A stretch of DNA of 63,897 bases, the filler included, from Candidatus Methanoxibalbensis ujae (GTDB taxonomy: Archaea; Halobacteriota; Syntropharchaeia; Alkanophagales; Methanospirareceae): NCBI GenBank assembly GCA_026134085.1. It is 4 parts of 4 records of this genome, joined end to end, with 100 filler letters (N's around TTAATTAATTAA, not from the genome) between each part and the next. Parts side by side here need not be neighbours in the genome. Positions count along the whole stretch, not along the records: positions 1 to 21,823 come from JAOQIN010000004.1; 3 more parts are not named here. One strand, written 5' to 3'. Position numbers and translations under genes: made by a program. Each line of letters begins with the position of its first letter. The stretch's first letter is position 1. The notes beneath the pieces were generated by a model, which had not been told where the DNA came from, ran no database searches, and was given only the letters and a program-made list of their open reading frames with translations. Below are positions 10,307 to 20,516 of the stretch, piece after piece.

Positions 10307-10566
10307 ATGGCGAAGGTATTGGTATTTCACTTCACGGAGGATGGAAGACTCCCGAAATTGAGCGGGGAGGACGCAGGGAGATAATGAATCGCTTTTATGA
10401 AATCCTCAAGGAATATCCAGATGTGAAGTTCAACGGCACTTATGTGGATGAGAAAGGCATGGGAATATGTGACTGGGAAGCTCCTAATGCGGTGCGAGAA
10501 ATAGTTGAAAAGGCACTCGGAAAACCACCTGTTGACCCCGTTGTTGTTGTGAAGAGGGTGCTCTGA
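10307..10566 (+). pseudogene. Small ferredoxin-like-fold protein (DUF4242/DUF3303-like), apparently frameshifted
   Basis: ATG 10307 with GGTGAG RBS gives MAKVLVFHFTEDGRLPKL...*; a second frame continues EIMNRFYEILKEYPDVKFNGTYVDEKGMGICDWEAPNA... Confidence 0.5.
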
Positions 10567-10592
10567 GTGTGGGTCATGGGTGCTATCTGCCA

Positions 10593-11585
10593 TCAGGTAT
10601 ATACTATCATCTGCTCCCTCATGCGTTTCATGCTCCAATCTGCGATGAACATGAGTTTTTTTCGTGCCTCCATTTTTTGAGAGTGTGTGTTTTTCATCAT
10701 GCTCACATGCATTTTTGCAGTTTCCACAAAAGATTCAGCGAGTTCTGTGGCATATCTGAGCGAATCTGTTGAGAGCATTATCTCACGAATGCGTTTTATG
10801 TGATCCTCTGTGACCGGGAGCTCTCCGCTCAGAATCTGCATGAGAAAATCTCTGTCTTCTTTTCCGGCGTTTTCAAGTGCGTGTATCATGAGTATCGTGC
10901 GCTCACCGTTTTTTATGTCAAGTCCGACCGGTTTTCCGATCGTTGAGGGATCACCGAAGATGTCAAGGATGTCGTCCTGAATCTGATATGCGATTCCGAG
11001 ATTCAAGCCGTATGCGCGGAGATGACGCACATCCTCTTCTTTTCCGCCTCCCAGGACTGCGCCAGCCTCCGCACTCGCCTTGAACACTGATGCTGTCTTG
11101 AGCGATATGACCTTCAAATAGAATGATTCGCTGACCTCGTCTGAATATCGGAGGTTGAAGGAGAGATATTCGCCCTCAGCTATCTCCGATACAGCTCTGG
11201 AGACAATCTCCATAACCCTCGCATCTTTGCAGCGTGCAAGCATCATACACGATATTCCAAAGAGAAAATCACCCATAATTATGGCTTTTTCCTCCCCATA
11301 AATCGCTGGATTTGAAGGTTTCATTCTCCTTATATAGTTATTGTCGATGATATCATCATGAATCAATGATGCGTTATGCAGCAATTCTATTGAAATCGCA
11401 ACATCCGTCGCATCTTCCCTGCTTCCTCCAACTGATTCAGCAGATAGCAAACATATCAGGGGTCTTATCCGCTTTCCTCCTGCATTTTTTGTATATGCCA
11501 AACACTCTTTTAATATTGTGTTTTCCTCCATCACAGCGAACACTTCTGACATCTTTCGATCAAAATACTGCAAATCTTCCGCCAT
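10593..11585 (-). CDS. Polyprenyl diphosphate synthase, probably medium/long-chain
   Basis: GGKRIRP, FARM HNASLIHDDIID (Ala at -5), YQIQDDILD, GKPVGLD. Confidence 0.88.
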   Translation of the reverse strand: MAEDLQYFDRKMSEVFAVMEENTILKECLAYTKNAGGKRIRPLICLLSAESVGGSREDATDVAISIELLHNASLIHDDIIDNNYIRRMKPSNPAIYGEEKAIIMGDFLFGISCMMLARCKDARVMEIVSRAVSEIAEGEYLSFNLRYSDEVSESFYLKVISLKTASVFKASAEAGAVLGGGKEEDVRHLRAYGLNLGIAYQIQDDILDIFGDPSTIGKPVGLDIKNGERTILMIHALENAGKEDRDFLMQILSGELPVTEDHIKRIREIMLSTDSLRYATELAESFVETAKMHVSMMKNTHSQKMEARKKLMFIADWSMKRMREQMIVYT

Positions 11586-11744
11586 CCACTCCCACATCGG
11601 ATAGCGTTTCCCGCATATCTTATATAAAGGTATGATGTTTGATTATGCGGCGTGATGTTTGCATTATGCGGCGTTGATATCCCACCGATCATGTCGCTTT
11701 CACATATGCTCACAATATAATTGAAAGTTCTGCGCAGCAGCTTT

Positions 11745-12113
11745 TCATTCGTATTTTGAGGGGCATTTCATAAGCAGTTTCTCAGCTATGATTGTTTTTT
11801 CCCGCGTCAATGTGCCTATGACAACTGCTTTCCGACCTGCCTTGACCTGCTGTTGGGCACCTGAGTATATGACATTTATCATCGCCGTTTCATTCTGGAG
11901 ATCTGAGAGGTTGAACACCAAAGAGCCTTTTTCGGTGTATTTGAAATCATGTATCTTCCCGAGTATCCGCACATTCTCGCCCACATATTTATCGCTGTGC
12001 ATGATTATTTCGGAAACGCTCTGATACGGGCTCACATAAGTGGAAAATGCATCATACAGCAGAAACACGCAGACCGAAGCGATCACAACTCCAAACACCA
12101 ATTTTTTCATCAT
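11745..12113 (-). CDS. ccmE: Cytochrome c maturation heme chaperone CcmE (CxxxY type)
   Basis: N-terminal TM, OB-fold, C-terminal KCPSKY. Confidence 0.88.
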   Translation of the reverse strand: MMKKLVFGVVIASVCVFLLYDAFSTYVSPYQSVSEIIMHSDKYVGENVRILGKIHDFKYTEKGSLVFNLSDLQNETAMINVIYSGAQQQVKAGRKAVVIGTLTREKTIIAEKLLMKCPSKYE

Positions 12114-12281
12114 AACTCCTCACCTCCCCTCTATCCTGCTCAGATCAAATCATTATCTCATTATCTCACATTATCTCACATCATCCCATCCCCCCTCACT
12201 TTCAGCCTTCAGCCTCACTTTCTTTCAGCCTTCAGCCTCACTTTCCAGCTCACTTTCATCTCAACGGCTCCCCTGTTCACA

Positions 12282-12458
12282 TCACAACCGCTCACTGCTG
12301 TCATCAGCGCTCATCGCCTCAAGTGCGGATATGCGCTCACGCAGCGATGATATCCTTCTGAAAAGCCACAGCAGAAACAGCAGTATAAGCACCCAGTATA
12401 CGACGGATGCCGCAAATATGAAAATGCTGAGGCTGCGCAAATCGTTCTCAAATGTCAT
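12282..12458 (-). CDS. CcmD-like small membrane protein (58 aa; below the ORF-track cutoff)
   Basis: MTFENDLRSLSIFIFAASVVYWVLILLFLLWLFRRISSLRERISALE...: one TM plus a charged tail; GGAGGTG RBS; lies between ccmC and ccmE. Confidence 0.7.
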   Translation of the reverse strand: MTFENDLRSLSIFIFAASVVYWVLILLFLLWLFRRISSLRERISALEAMSADDSSERL

Positions 12459-13131
12459 CTCTCACACCTCCAGACACTGCAATGCTCAACATATCCGCAC
12501 GCTCCTCAAGCGATTTCACCTCCCATATCAAAAGCATGAGCGCGATAAAAAGGAGGGTGACCGCGAAAAGGTCAAAAATAAGCGCGGACTTGACAACTTC
12601 CGACATTTGGGGCAGCACTTCAGATGCTGATTGATGCTGAGAAAATCCAAATTCAACGGATAAATAGCTCAGTGGAACCGTAGAGAATGCGAATATATTG
12701 TAGACAGCGCCTATTGTCGCTCGCTTTTCTGCGTTCTCAATTGAGAGTTTCAGAACAACATAACCCATATAAACGAGCCACAGAATCAGAGTTGCAGTCT
12801 CACGAGGGTCCCAGTTCCAGAATGAGCCCCATGCAAGCTTTGCCCAGATGGAGCCTATGAACAAAGCGATTGCGCCGAAAAGAAGACCGATTATCGCAGC
12901 GTTCTCCGCGATAACATCATATGATCGCTTGTGCTTCACGAGAAACATTATGCTCGAGACAAGCGAGATTGTGAATGCCATATAGCATACCCATGCCGGC
13001 GGCACATGCAGATAGAGAAAGTATATATCGCTGCGCTTTGCATGCACGGCCACGAATGATATGTAATATGCAAGTATGTTCACGAAGACAGCAACAATAA
13101 ATACACCTTCCGCTCTCTTATTTCCGAGCAT
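12448..13131 (-). CDS. ccmC: Cytochrome c biogenesis protein CcmC
   Basis: YLHVPPAW, WWD-type motif WGSFWNWDPRET, multiple TMs. Confidence 0.9.
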   Translation of the reverse strand: MLGNKRAEGVFIVAVFVNILAYYISFVAVHAKRSDIYFLYLHVPPAWVCYMAFTISLVSSIMFLVKHKRSYDVIAENAAIIGLLFGAIALFIGSIWAKLAWGSFWNWDPRETATLILWLVYMGYVVLKLSIENAEKRATIGAVYNIFAFSTVPLSYLSVEFGFSQHQSASEVLPQMSEVVKSALIFDLFAVTLLFIALMLLIWEVKSLEERADMLSIAVSGGVRDDI

Positions 13132-13332
13132 TCAGATATCTTAGAACATATGCAAATAAATAAATTTCTGCTGATGAGCAGTGGAGGGAGAAGCGGAGTG
13201 ACAGCATGCGACAACATAGATGAAAATGATGAAAATAGTGAAAATGATAAAAATGATAAAAATAATGAAAATGAAAACGAAAACAAAAAAAAGAATAAAA
13301 ATAAATACAAAAACAACAGCCAGACAGGAAAA

Positions 13333-14040
13333 ATGCGGACTTCCGTCGGATGCACTTCTGATTATGAAAAGTGTGTTTTGGATGTCAGGAATGTTTCAAA
13401 GCGATACGGTCATTTTTTTGCACTGAAATCTGTATCGTTCAGCGTGAGAGCTGGGGAGTCTGTTGCAGTTCTCGGTCCCAACGGCGCTGGAAAAACAACA
13501 TTGCTCAAAATAATAGCAACTCTGATAAAACCATCTGAAGGAGTCGTCAAATTATTCGGCAGGGATTCATCAAATGCAGATATCAGGCGGCGAATAGGCG
13601 TGGTAATGCATGAGAGTTTCCTTTATGATGAGCTCACAGTGCTTGAAAATCTGAAATTGTATGCAAAATTTTTTTATATAAACAGCGAGCAGTTGAGGCG
13701 ACAACAGGCTGAGGAGGAGATAGAAGCTCTCGTTGATATTCTGAATCTCAAACGATGGCTGAATGTGAAGGCCAAACTCCTATCATACGGGCTGAGGAAG
13801 CGTGCGGATATAGCAAGAGCACTGATACATCGTCCCGATCTCGTGATTCTTGACGAACCCTTTGGCGGTCTTGATGCATCGTCGCGGGAAATCCTCGTTG
13901 AATATTTCTCAAGATGCTCCAAAACACTCATATTATCATCTCACTCCGTGGAGTGGGCGAGAAAAGTGTGCGAGCGCGGAATCATACTTGAGCGCGGCGC
14001 CGTGAAGCGTGAAATGTATCTGAAGAGGCACAGTGCGTGA
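13333..14040 (+). CDS. ccmA: ABC ATPase, probable heme exporter CcmA
   Basis: GPNGAGKTT, HESFLYDELT..ENL, LSYG, ILDEPF; divergent from ccmC; the low-complexity upstream extension to 13150 is probably non-coding. Confidence 0.75.
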   Translation: MRTSVGCTSDYEKCVLDVRNVSKRYGHFFALKSVSFSVRAGESVAVLGPNGAGKTTLLKIIATLIKPSEGVVKLFGRDSSNADIRRRIGVVMHESFLYDELTVLENLKLYAKFFYINSEQLRRQQAEEEIEALVDILNLKRWLNVKAKLLSYGLRKRADIARALIHRPDLVILDEPFGGLDASSREILVEYFSRCSKTLILSSHSVEWARKVCERGIILERGAVKREMYLKRHSA

Positions 14041-14249
14041 GTTCTCCCTCCCATCGCGCATGTTGTGCATAATTGTTAATAGAAAAAATTGGTCTTATTA
14101 ATAATGTAATAAGAGAAGAGACGAAAATAAAGGAAGGATAGAGGATGAGGGGAGAAGCGGCTTAAGAGGAGGCGTTAAGTTAAGGTTAAGGGGTAACTGC
14201 GTTGCGTTCTGCGTTTCTATAAACGGTTCGTTTTTGCTGTGGGGTGTTG

Positions 14250-14310
14250 TTGTGAGGCGTTGTGATGTGAGGCGTTGTTGTGAGGTGTTGTTGTGAGGCG
14301 TTGTTGTGAG
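14250..14310 (+). repeat. Degenerate tandem repeat (TGTGAGGCGTTGT)n
   Basis: About four imperfect copies upstream of znuA. Confidence 0.75.
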
Positions 14311-14349
14311 GAGGTGTGTGTTAAAGTGACGGGGAGCGATCGGCGGGGA

Positions 14350-15237
14350 ATGAGCCGCATGATTGTTTTTGGCATTGCTGTTTTTTCGCTGCTAATTGTT
14401 TTGGCGCTCAGTTTTCACCTCAATTTTCACCTCAATAATGAGCGAGGCGGCGGAGTGGTCGGTGATGAATGGAAGATAGGGGTTATGGTGACGATACCTC
14501 CGCAGGCGGAATTTGTGAGGAGTGTTGGCGGAGAAAATGTTGTTGTGGACATCATGATACCGCCGGGTGAGAATCCTCATGTGTATGAGCCCGAGCCGGG
14601 CAGGCTGATAAACCTGAGCAGGGCGAGGATGTATGTGATGATGGGTTCGGGAATTGAATTTGAGCGAGTGTGGATGGATGAGATCATATCCCTGAACAGC
14701 GAAATGCTCATTGTAAACTGCTCAAAAGGAATTGAGCTGATAAATGAAGGCGGAGGAGCGGCTGACCCACACATATGGCTGTCGCCGAGGAATGCCAGGA
14801 TAATTGTGCGGAACATATGTGAGGGGCTTGTTGAGATAGACCCCGCGAACCGCAGTTATTATGAAAGCAATATGAACTCCTACATAAACGCGCTTGACGA
14901 ACTTGACAGGCGGATATCGGAGAAACTGTCGCAAATGGAATGCAGGAAAATACTTGTTTATCATCCTGCATGGGCTTATTTCGCACGCGATTACGGACTT
15001 GAGCAGATTTCCATAGAGAAAGAGGGAAAGGATCCAACACCTGAGGGCATAGCTCACATAATAGAGCAGGCTAAAAGCGAGGGAATAGACACTGTTTTCG
15101 TCTCTCCTCAGTTCAGCAGGGAAACCGCCGATGTCATTGCAGATGCGATAGGTGGAAATGTTGTGGTGATTGACCCTCTCGCTGAGAATTACTTGGAGAA
15201 CATGGGTAAAATTGCGGAGATGATTGCGGCATCATGA
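14350..15237 (+). CDS. znuA: Zn/Mn ABC transporter substrate-binding protein
   Basis: PHVYEP, DPHIWLSP, HPAWAYFA, DPL metal-binding motifs. Confidence 0.88.
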   Translation: MSRMIVFGIAVFSLLIVLALSFHLNFHLNNERGGGVVGDEWKIGVMVTIPPQAEFVRSVGGENVVVDIMIPPGENPHVYEPEPGRLINLSRARMYVMMGSGIEFERVWMDEIISLNSEMLIVNCSKGIELINEGGGAADPHIWLSPRNARIIVRNICEGLVEIDPANRSYYESNMNSYINALDELDRRISEKLSQMECRKILVYHPAWAYFARDYGLEQISIEKEGKDPTPEGIAHIIEQAKSEGIDTVFVSPQFSRETADVIADAIGGNVVVIDPLAENYLENMGKIAEMIAAS

Positions 15238-15962
15238 TTCCCGTGATGTTGAGAGATGTGAGTGTCTGCTTCGGCGCTGAGCGAGTTCTTGAGGACATAA
15301 ACCTCTCAATCGGAAACCACGAGTTTGTCGCGATAATCGGTCCGAACGGAGGAGGAAAGACAACACTCCTCAATGTGATACTGGGACTCGTGAAAACAAG
15401 CGGAGGGATAGTGCGCGTTTTCGGAAAACCGCCTGAGGAAGGCAGAAAATTCGTGGGTTACCTGCCACAGCGCCCTTCATTTGATCCCTCTTTCCCCATA
15501 AGCGTGTATGAAGTCGTTCTGATGGGCAGATATCGGCGATGGTCTCTGCGAAAATACACAGAAGAAGACATGAAAGCAGTGGAAAATGCACTGCATACAG
15601 TTGGAATGATTGATTTCAAAGAAAAAAGCATCGGAATCCTCTCAGGAGGGCAGATACAACGCGTTCTCATAGCAAGAGCACTCGTCAGATCCCCTAAATT
15701 GCTGCTGCTTGATGAACCAACAGCAAGTATTGATTCCGAAATGCAGATTTTTTTGTACGAATTGCTGCGCAAATTGAGAGAGAAAATGACAGTTGTTATT
15801 GTCACCCACGATATAGGCGTTGTTTCAGATTATGTGGATCGTATTGTTTGCCTGAACAGAAGAATTCACTACTGCGGTCCTCCTGATCTCAGTGAGATCG
15901 CAAGAACATACGGGCATCCTGTAAAACTGATAGATCACGGAGCGCATGCATCTGTGAAATGA
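15234..15962 (+). CDS. znuC: Zn/Mn ABC transporter ATP-binding protein
   Basis: GPNGGGKTT, GYLPQ, LSGGQ, LLDEP, VTHD. Confidence 0.9.
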   Translation: MIPVMLRDVSVCFGAERVLEDINLSIGNHEFVAIIGPNGGGKTTLLNVILGLVKTSGGIVRVFGKPPEEGRKFVGYLPQRPSFDPSFPISVYEVVLMGRYRRWSLRKYTEEDMKAVENALHTVGMIDFKEKSIGILSGGQIQRVLIARALVRSPKLLLLDEPTASIDSEMQIFLYELLRKLREKMTVVIVTHDIGVVSDYVDRIVCLNRRIHYCGPPDLSEIARTYGHPVKLIDHGAHASVK

Positions 15963-15998
15963 CGGGAGCACCGGAGTGATGGGGGAGGGGAGCGCCTT

Positions 15999-16778
15999 AT
16001 GTATGTGTTCAGGAATGCTTTTCTTGCAGCCTTCCTTATTTCGGTTTTGTGTGGTGTTGTTGGGTCATTTGTCGTTGTGAAGCGCATATCTCTTATGAGC
16101 GGCGGAATCTCGCATGCTGCGTTTGGCGGCATAGGTCTCGGATATTTCCTTCGCATATCTGACCCTCTCATCGCGGCGATTCCATTTTCTGTGCTTTCTG
16201 CGATAGGCATAGGAGTGTTGAGCAGACGAGCGAAGATGAGCGAGGACATTTCCATAGGCATATTCTGGGCTTTCGGAATGGCTTTGGGCATCCTTCTCGT
16301 GAACATGACACCCGGATATGCACCAAACCTTCTCGGGTTCCTATTCGGAAACATACTGCTTGTTTCTCCCGATGATATCATCATGATGCTCACGCTTGAC
16401 ATATTCGTTCTCGTGCTCATATCGCTGTTTTATGAGGAGTTTCTCGCCATCAGCTTTGACGAGGAATTCGCGAAAATCGTCGGCATTCGCGCAGATTTCT
16501 TCAATACACTTCTGCTCGTCATAATCGCAATCAGTATAATCGTGATGATAAAGGTTGTGGGCGTTATACTTGTGATCGCAATGCTAATCATACCTGCGGC
16601 AATATGCAAACAATTTACAAATAGTATGAAAATTCTCATGATTTCATCAATTTTTGCGAGTTTATTTCTGACAATAACGGGATTATGGCTTTCATTTATA
16701 TATAATGTTCCTTCTGGTGCGACAATTGTCCTCATATCATCATGTGCTTTCTTCCTTATTTCGCTGATAAGGTGTTGA
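15999..16778 (+). CDS. znuB: Zn/Mn ABC transporter permease
   Basis: ISHAAFGG, FLFGNIL, SFDEEFA, PSGATIV. Confidence 0.9.
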   Translation: MYVFRNAFLAAFLISVLCGVVGSFVVVKRISLMSGGISHAAFGGIGLGYFLRISDPLIAAIPFSVLSAIGIGVLSRRAKMSEDISIGIFWAFGMALGILLVNMTPGYAPNLLGFLFGNILLVSPDDIIMMLTLDIFVLVLISLFYEEFLAISFDEEFAKIVGIRADFFNTLLLVIIAISIIVMIKVVGVILVIAMLIIPAAICKQFTNSMKILMISSIFASLFLTITGLWLSFIYNVPSGATIVLISSCAFFLISLIRC

Positions 16779-16944
16779 AATTTCGGCAAAGTTTGAAATT
16801 GCGTCAACAGCGGGGCGGCAACGGGACAACTTGGCTCATCGGAATGAAGGGAGAAAGAGGTGAAGGAGCATCATGAGAGATGCCCTTTCCTGCCAGGAAA
16901 TTCCATATTTTTTTTAATCACGAAGGATACTGTGATGCGAGGAA

Positions 16945-17913
16945 ATGACGAAATGGAGGGAGGTCAGCAATCACAAGCAGCGTCGCCGCATTGCGATTGT
17001 GTTTGACGGTGCTGGCGTGATATACGAGCCTGTGAGGATTGTGAAGGACATGGAAAGCGGAGATATAAGACAGAGCAAGCTTTCAGGCATTCATCTCACA
17101 GACAAGGTGGGCGGTGCGTTCGTCATGATTCGTGCGAAAATGCGTGAACTGATGCGCGGTGAGGCGTGTTCGGAGACATTATCTCATTTTCTTCTGAAGA
17201 GGAAAATACCGATTGTTGTCATATATAAGAGCAACAGGTGCAGGAGGAAGCTGAGAGATGAGGATGTGAAGGATATTGTGCTTTCAGACGACCGCGTGAG
17301 GCTTGGTGATGTATATGACACAATAACAATATTACTGAAGTATAAGATTTTGCCTGTGATAGGCACAGGTCTTGTTGTCTCTGCGGGATGTGAAGAGGGG
17401 AGAAGCGGGAGAAGCGGGAGAAGCGAGGGCGCAGGAGAAAGTGATTCTGGGGAGATTGCTGATCAGATGCGTGCGCTGAACGTGCGTGGAGGAGAGCGCC
17501 GCTCTGTGAGGTATGTGATATCAGGCGGCATAAATCTTTTTCCCGAAATTATCAATCTGTTTGAGAAATTGCGTAGTAATGGTGTTGAGGTGTTCATCGC
17601 ATCTGGAGATAGGATAGAGAGGGATGAGATATCTCCTTTTCTGCCTGGCGTGTCAGCCTCAAACATTTTCGGGATGTTGAGTCCCGATGAGAAATGCAAG
17701 CTCGTGAAGAGGCTGAGGAATGAATATGACAAAGTCATAATGGTGGGTGACGATAAGAATGATTATTATGCGATGTGTGCTGCAGATGTTTCAGTTCTCT
17801 CTCTTCAGATAGAGTCTGAGAGGCCGAAGAAGCTGTTTGACATCGCGGACTTTGTCATCAGAAATATAGGAGAAGTTGAGAGAATTGTGAATGAGCTGCT
17901 CATTTTGTCGTGA
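16945..17913 (+). CDS. HAD-superfamily hydrolase (soluble P-type ATPase-like, methanogen type)
   Basis: VFDGAG, IASGD, K, MVGDDKND motifs. Confidence 0.75.
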   Translation: MTKWREVSNHKQRRRIAIVFDGAGVIYEPVRIVKDMESGDIRQSKLSGIHLTDKVGGAFVMIRAKMRELMRGEACSETLSHFLLKRKIPIVVIYKSNRCRRKLRDEDVKDIVLSDDRVRLGDVYDTITILLKYKILPVIGTGLVVSAGCEEGRSGRSGRSEGAGESDSGEIADQMRALNVRGGERRSVRYVISGGINLFPEIINLFEKLRSNGVEVFIASGDRIERDEISPFLPGVSASNIFGMLSPDEKCKLVKRLRNEYDKVIMVGDDKNDYYAMCAADVSVLSLQIESERPKKLFDIADFVIRNIGEVERIVNELLILS

Positions 17914-17987
17914 TGTGCTGTGTGTTGTTTGTGAGAGGTGATGTAAAAGAGAAGAAGTGATGTATAAGAAGAGGAAGAAGAGGAGAG

Positions 17988-19016
17988 GTGGGCGATGAAG
18001 TGAGAGCTGAATGCGGCAGTGCTGTTGATTTGAATGACCTTGAGATGATTGCTGCTTCTGTAAAGGAATATGAAGGAGTTCGTCGCAAGAGGGCTATAAG
18101 TGACATCATGCAGTTTTTCAATAACATTGACATCATAGGCGGGAGGACGATTGCAGGATTTGGTGAGGACGCCGCGGTCATAGATGTTGATGGCGAGAAT
18201 TACATGCTTGTGGCGATGGATGGTATATGGGGTCGCCTGATTGAGGCGGATCCGTGGTGGGCTGGATACTGCGCAGTGCTGGTGAATGTGAACGACATCG
18301 CAGCAATGGGAGGGACGCCTATCGCAATGGTGAATGTCATATCAACAGCGAAGCATGACATCTGTGAGCGGCTCGCAGCAGGAATTTCAGCGGGTGTCCG
18401 TAAGTTCGGCGTTCCGATGGTTGGAGGGCATATTCATCCCGACACGCATTATGATGCTGTTGATGTGGCGATCATGGGCACCGTCAGGAAGGGTTGCGTT
18501 ATATTCTCCGACGGAGCGAAGCCTGGTGATAAGGTTGTTGTGAGCATAGATGTTGATGGAAGCACAAAATACGGGCTCGGCTGGGACTCCACAACACGCA
18601 AAACCTCAGCTGAGATAAAGAAAAAGCTCGGTGCAATGGTTGAGATAGGTGAGAAAAAACTCGCAACCGCAGGAAAGGATATATCAAATCCCGGAACACT
18701 CGGAACACTCGCGATGCTCCTCGAAACATCAGGCGTCGGCGCGACAGTTGAGATAGACAAAATACCACGACCAAACACGGAAGATATGCCCTTTGAACAG
18801 TGGCTCAGAATATATCCGGGAATGGGATTCATATTGACCGTCAGCAGCATTGAAAATGGCAGAGAATGTATAGGGATATTTGAGAACGTTGGTCTGGAAG
18901 CCTCAATTGTTGGCGAAATAGATTCTTCAAAGAAGCTGAAAATAACAGATGGAGAGCATCATGTGCCTGTTTTTGACTTTGAAAAGGAGTTCCTCACAGG
19001 AATCAAAAAGAGATAG
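17988..19016 (+). CDS. Methanogenesis marker protein 2 (AIR synthase/PurM-like)
   Basis: GVRRKRAI, FGEDAAV, DPWWAGYCAVLVNVNDIAAMGG, GGHIHPD, KDISNPG. Confidence 0.88.
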   Translation: MGDEVRAECGSAVDLNDLEMIAASVKEYEGVRRKRAISDIMQFFNNIDIIGGRTIAGFGEDAAVIDVDGENYMLVAMDGIWGRLIEADPWWAGYCAVLVNVNDIAAMGGTPIAMVNVISTAKHDICERLAAGISAGVRKFGVPMVGGHIHPDTHYDAVDVAIMGTVRKGCVIFSDGAKPGDKVVVSIDVDGSTKYGLGWDSTTRKTSAEIKKKLGAMVEIGEKKLATAGKDISNPGTLGTLAMLLETSGVGATVEIDKIPRPNTEDMPFEQWLRIYPGMGFILTVSSIENGRECIGIFENVGLEASIVGEIDSSKKLKITDGEHHVPVFDFEKEFLTGIKKR

Positions 19017-19085
19017 CGATGGAAGGCGATGTGAATGAAATGTTCTCTTATGCAGCGGATGCGTGGTGGTCAGGCGTGATGATAG

Positions 19086-20201
19086 ATGCGGAATGATGTG
19101 CAGATGGACGCAAAATTGAACGCGGAATATGTGATAAAGGGAAGAGTTGAAAGAATATTGGAAGATGTGCGCAGCGGATACATTCACATGGATGACCTCA
19201 TGTCCCTCATCTCCCGCCCTATCGCACTCTTCAGTATCGCAGACATACTGAGAGAGCAGGAATGCGGAGATACGGTCACTTATGTTATAAACAGAAACAT
19301 AAATTTCACGAATATATGTGTTGGAAACTGCAAATTCTGCGCATTCAGGAGAAATAAAGATTCAAATGATGCCTATTTACTTCACATAGATGATATTTTA
19401 GATAAAGTTGAGGATGCTGTGGAGAAAAATGCGACTGAGATATGTATTCAAGGTGGATTACATCCTGATCTGAGCATTGAGTTCTATTCCGAAATGCTTG
19501 AGCGTATAAAATCATCGTTTGATGTTCATATACATGCGTTCTCGCCTATGGAAATTCTGCATATCTCACGAAATTCCGGGATGAATGTTGAGGATGTTCT
19601 CCGTGAGTTGAAAGCGTCCGGTCTTGATTCAATGCCAGGAACCGCTGCGGAAATACTGAATGACAGTTTGAGAGCTGTTATATGCCCGAAAAAGATGAAA
19701 ACGGATGAGTGGATTCGCATAATAAAAACAGCTCATCGCCTCAACATACCGACAACAGCAACAATGATGTATGGTCATATAGAACACATATACGACAGAA
19801 TAGAGCACATTCTCAGAATAAGAGAAATACAGCGAGATACACGCAAATTCACAGAATTCGTCCCCCTTAAATTCATGAAAGGCAACAATGAACTCGGAAA
19901 AATCGTGAAAAAAAATGTTTCAATGTTTGAAGATGCGGTTGTTCATTCCCTCGCAAGGGTGATTTTGCATCCTTACATAAAGAATATACAGGCATCGTGG
20001 GTTAAACTCACACCTGAAGGTGCTCGTAACATGCTTTTCTACGGTGCTAATGATCTCGGAGGAACACTTATGGAGGAAAATATATCAAGGCTTGCAGGCG
20101 CTTCTTCGGGGGAATACATGCCGCCTGAGCACATTGAGAACTTGATAAAAAGCGCAGGCAGGAAACCTCGCAGGAGGAACACTCTGTATGAACTGTTATG
20201 A
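19086..20201 (+). CDS. cofH: FO synthase subunit 2 CofH (radical SAM)
   Basis: NRNINFTNICVGNCKFC, MPGTAAEIL, NIQASWVK, GANDLGGTLMEENIS. Confidence 0.85.
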   Translation: MRNDVQMDAKLNAEYVIKGRVERILEDVRSGYIHMDDLMSLISRPIALFSIADILREQECGDTVTYVINRNINFTNICVGNCKFCAFRRNKDSNDAYLLHIDDILDKVEDAVEKNATEICIQGGLHPDLSIEFYSEMLERIKSSFDVHIHAFSPMEILHISRNSGMNVEDVLRELKASGLDSMPGTAAEILNDSLRAVICPKKMKTDEWIRIIKTAHRLNIPTTATMMYGHIEHIYDRIEHILRIREIQRDTRKFTEFVPLKFMKGNNELGKIVKKNVSMFEDAVVHSLARVILHPYIKNIQASWVKLTPEGARNMLFYGANDLGGTLMEENISRLAGASSGEYMPPEHIENLIKSAGRKPRRRNTLYELL

Positions 20202-20516
20202 GCACATAATGATGACGCATGCACCGCATCCGAGGCTGCGTAATGGCTCGCATAAGATAAATCATAAAACCAATAAAATCAGCAAAGCGGCGATTTGGGC
20301 TCACCTCTTCCTCGCAGTGAGAAAGTCCCGCTTGATTTCATCACTGGGATGACGGGCATCCGGGAGGTTCCCGACATCTCTTTCACCCTGCATGGCATCC
20401 TCTTTTCTGCTCCACCATTTCCCGCACTTCCCTCTCTATAAGAGAGCGCTCACGACTCACAGAGCGCGGCGAAACAGAGCGCAGCGAAACTGACGATCCG
20501 CCAGGGGGAGGAGCGT

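Noticed and set aside
13150..13332. Asn/Glu/Lys-rich N-terminal extension of CcmA
   Set aside because: It derives from an AAAATGA-type repeat in the divergent promoter region; a start only 19 nt from the ccmC start leaves no promoter space.
20279..20344. Minus-strand GTGATGA...CTGA as a box C/D sRNA
   Set aside because: No convincing internal D'/C' boxes and no identifiable guide target; such motifs are frequent in this TGATGA-rich DNA.
20319..20500. GAGAAAGTCC resembling the RNase P RNA P4 motif
   Set aside because: No matching 3' P4 strand or other RNase P helices could be found downstream.
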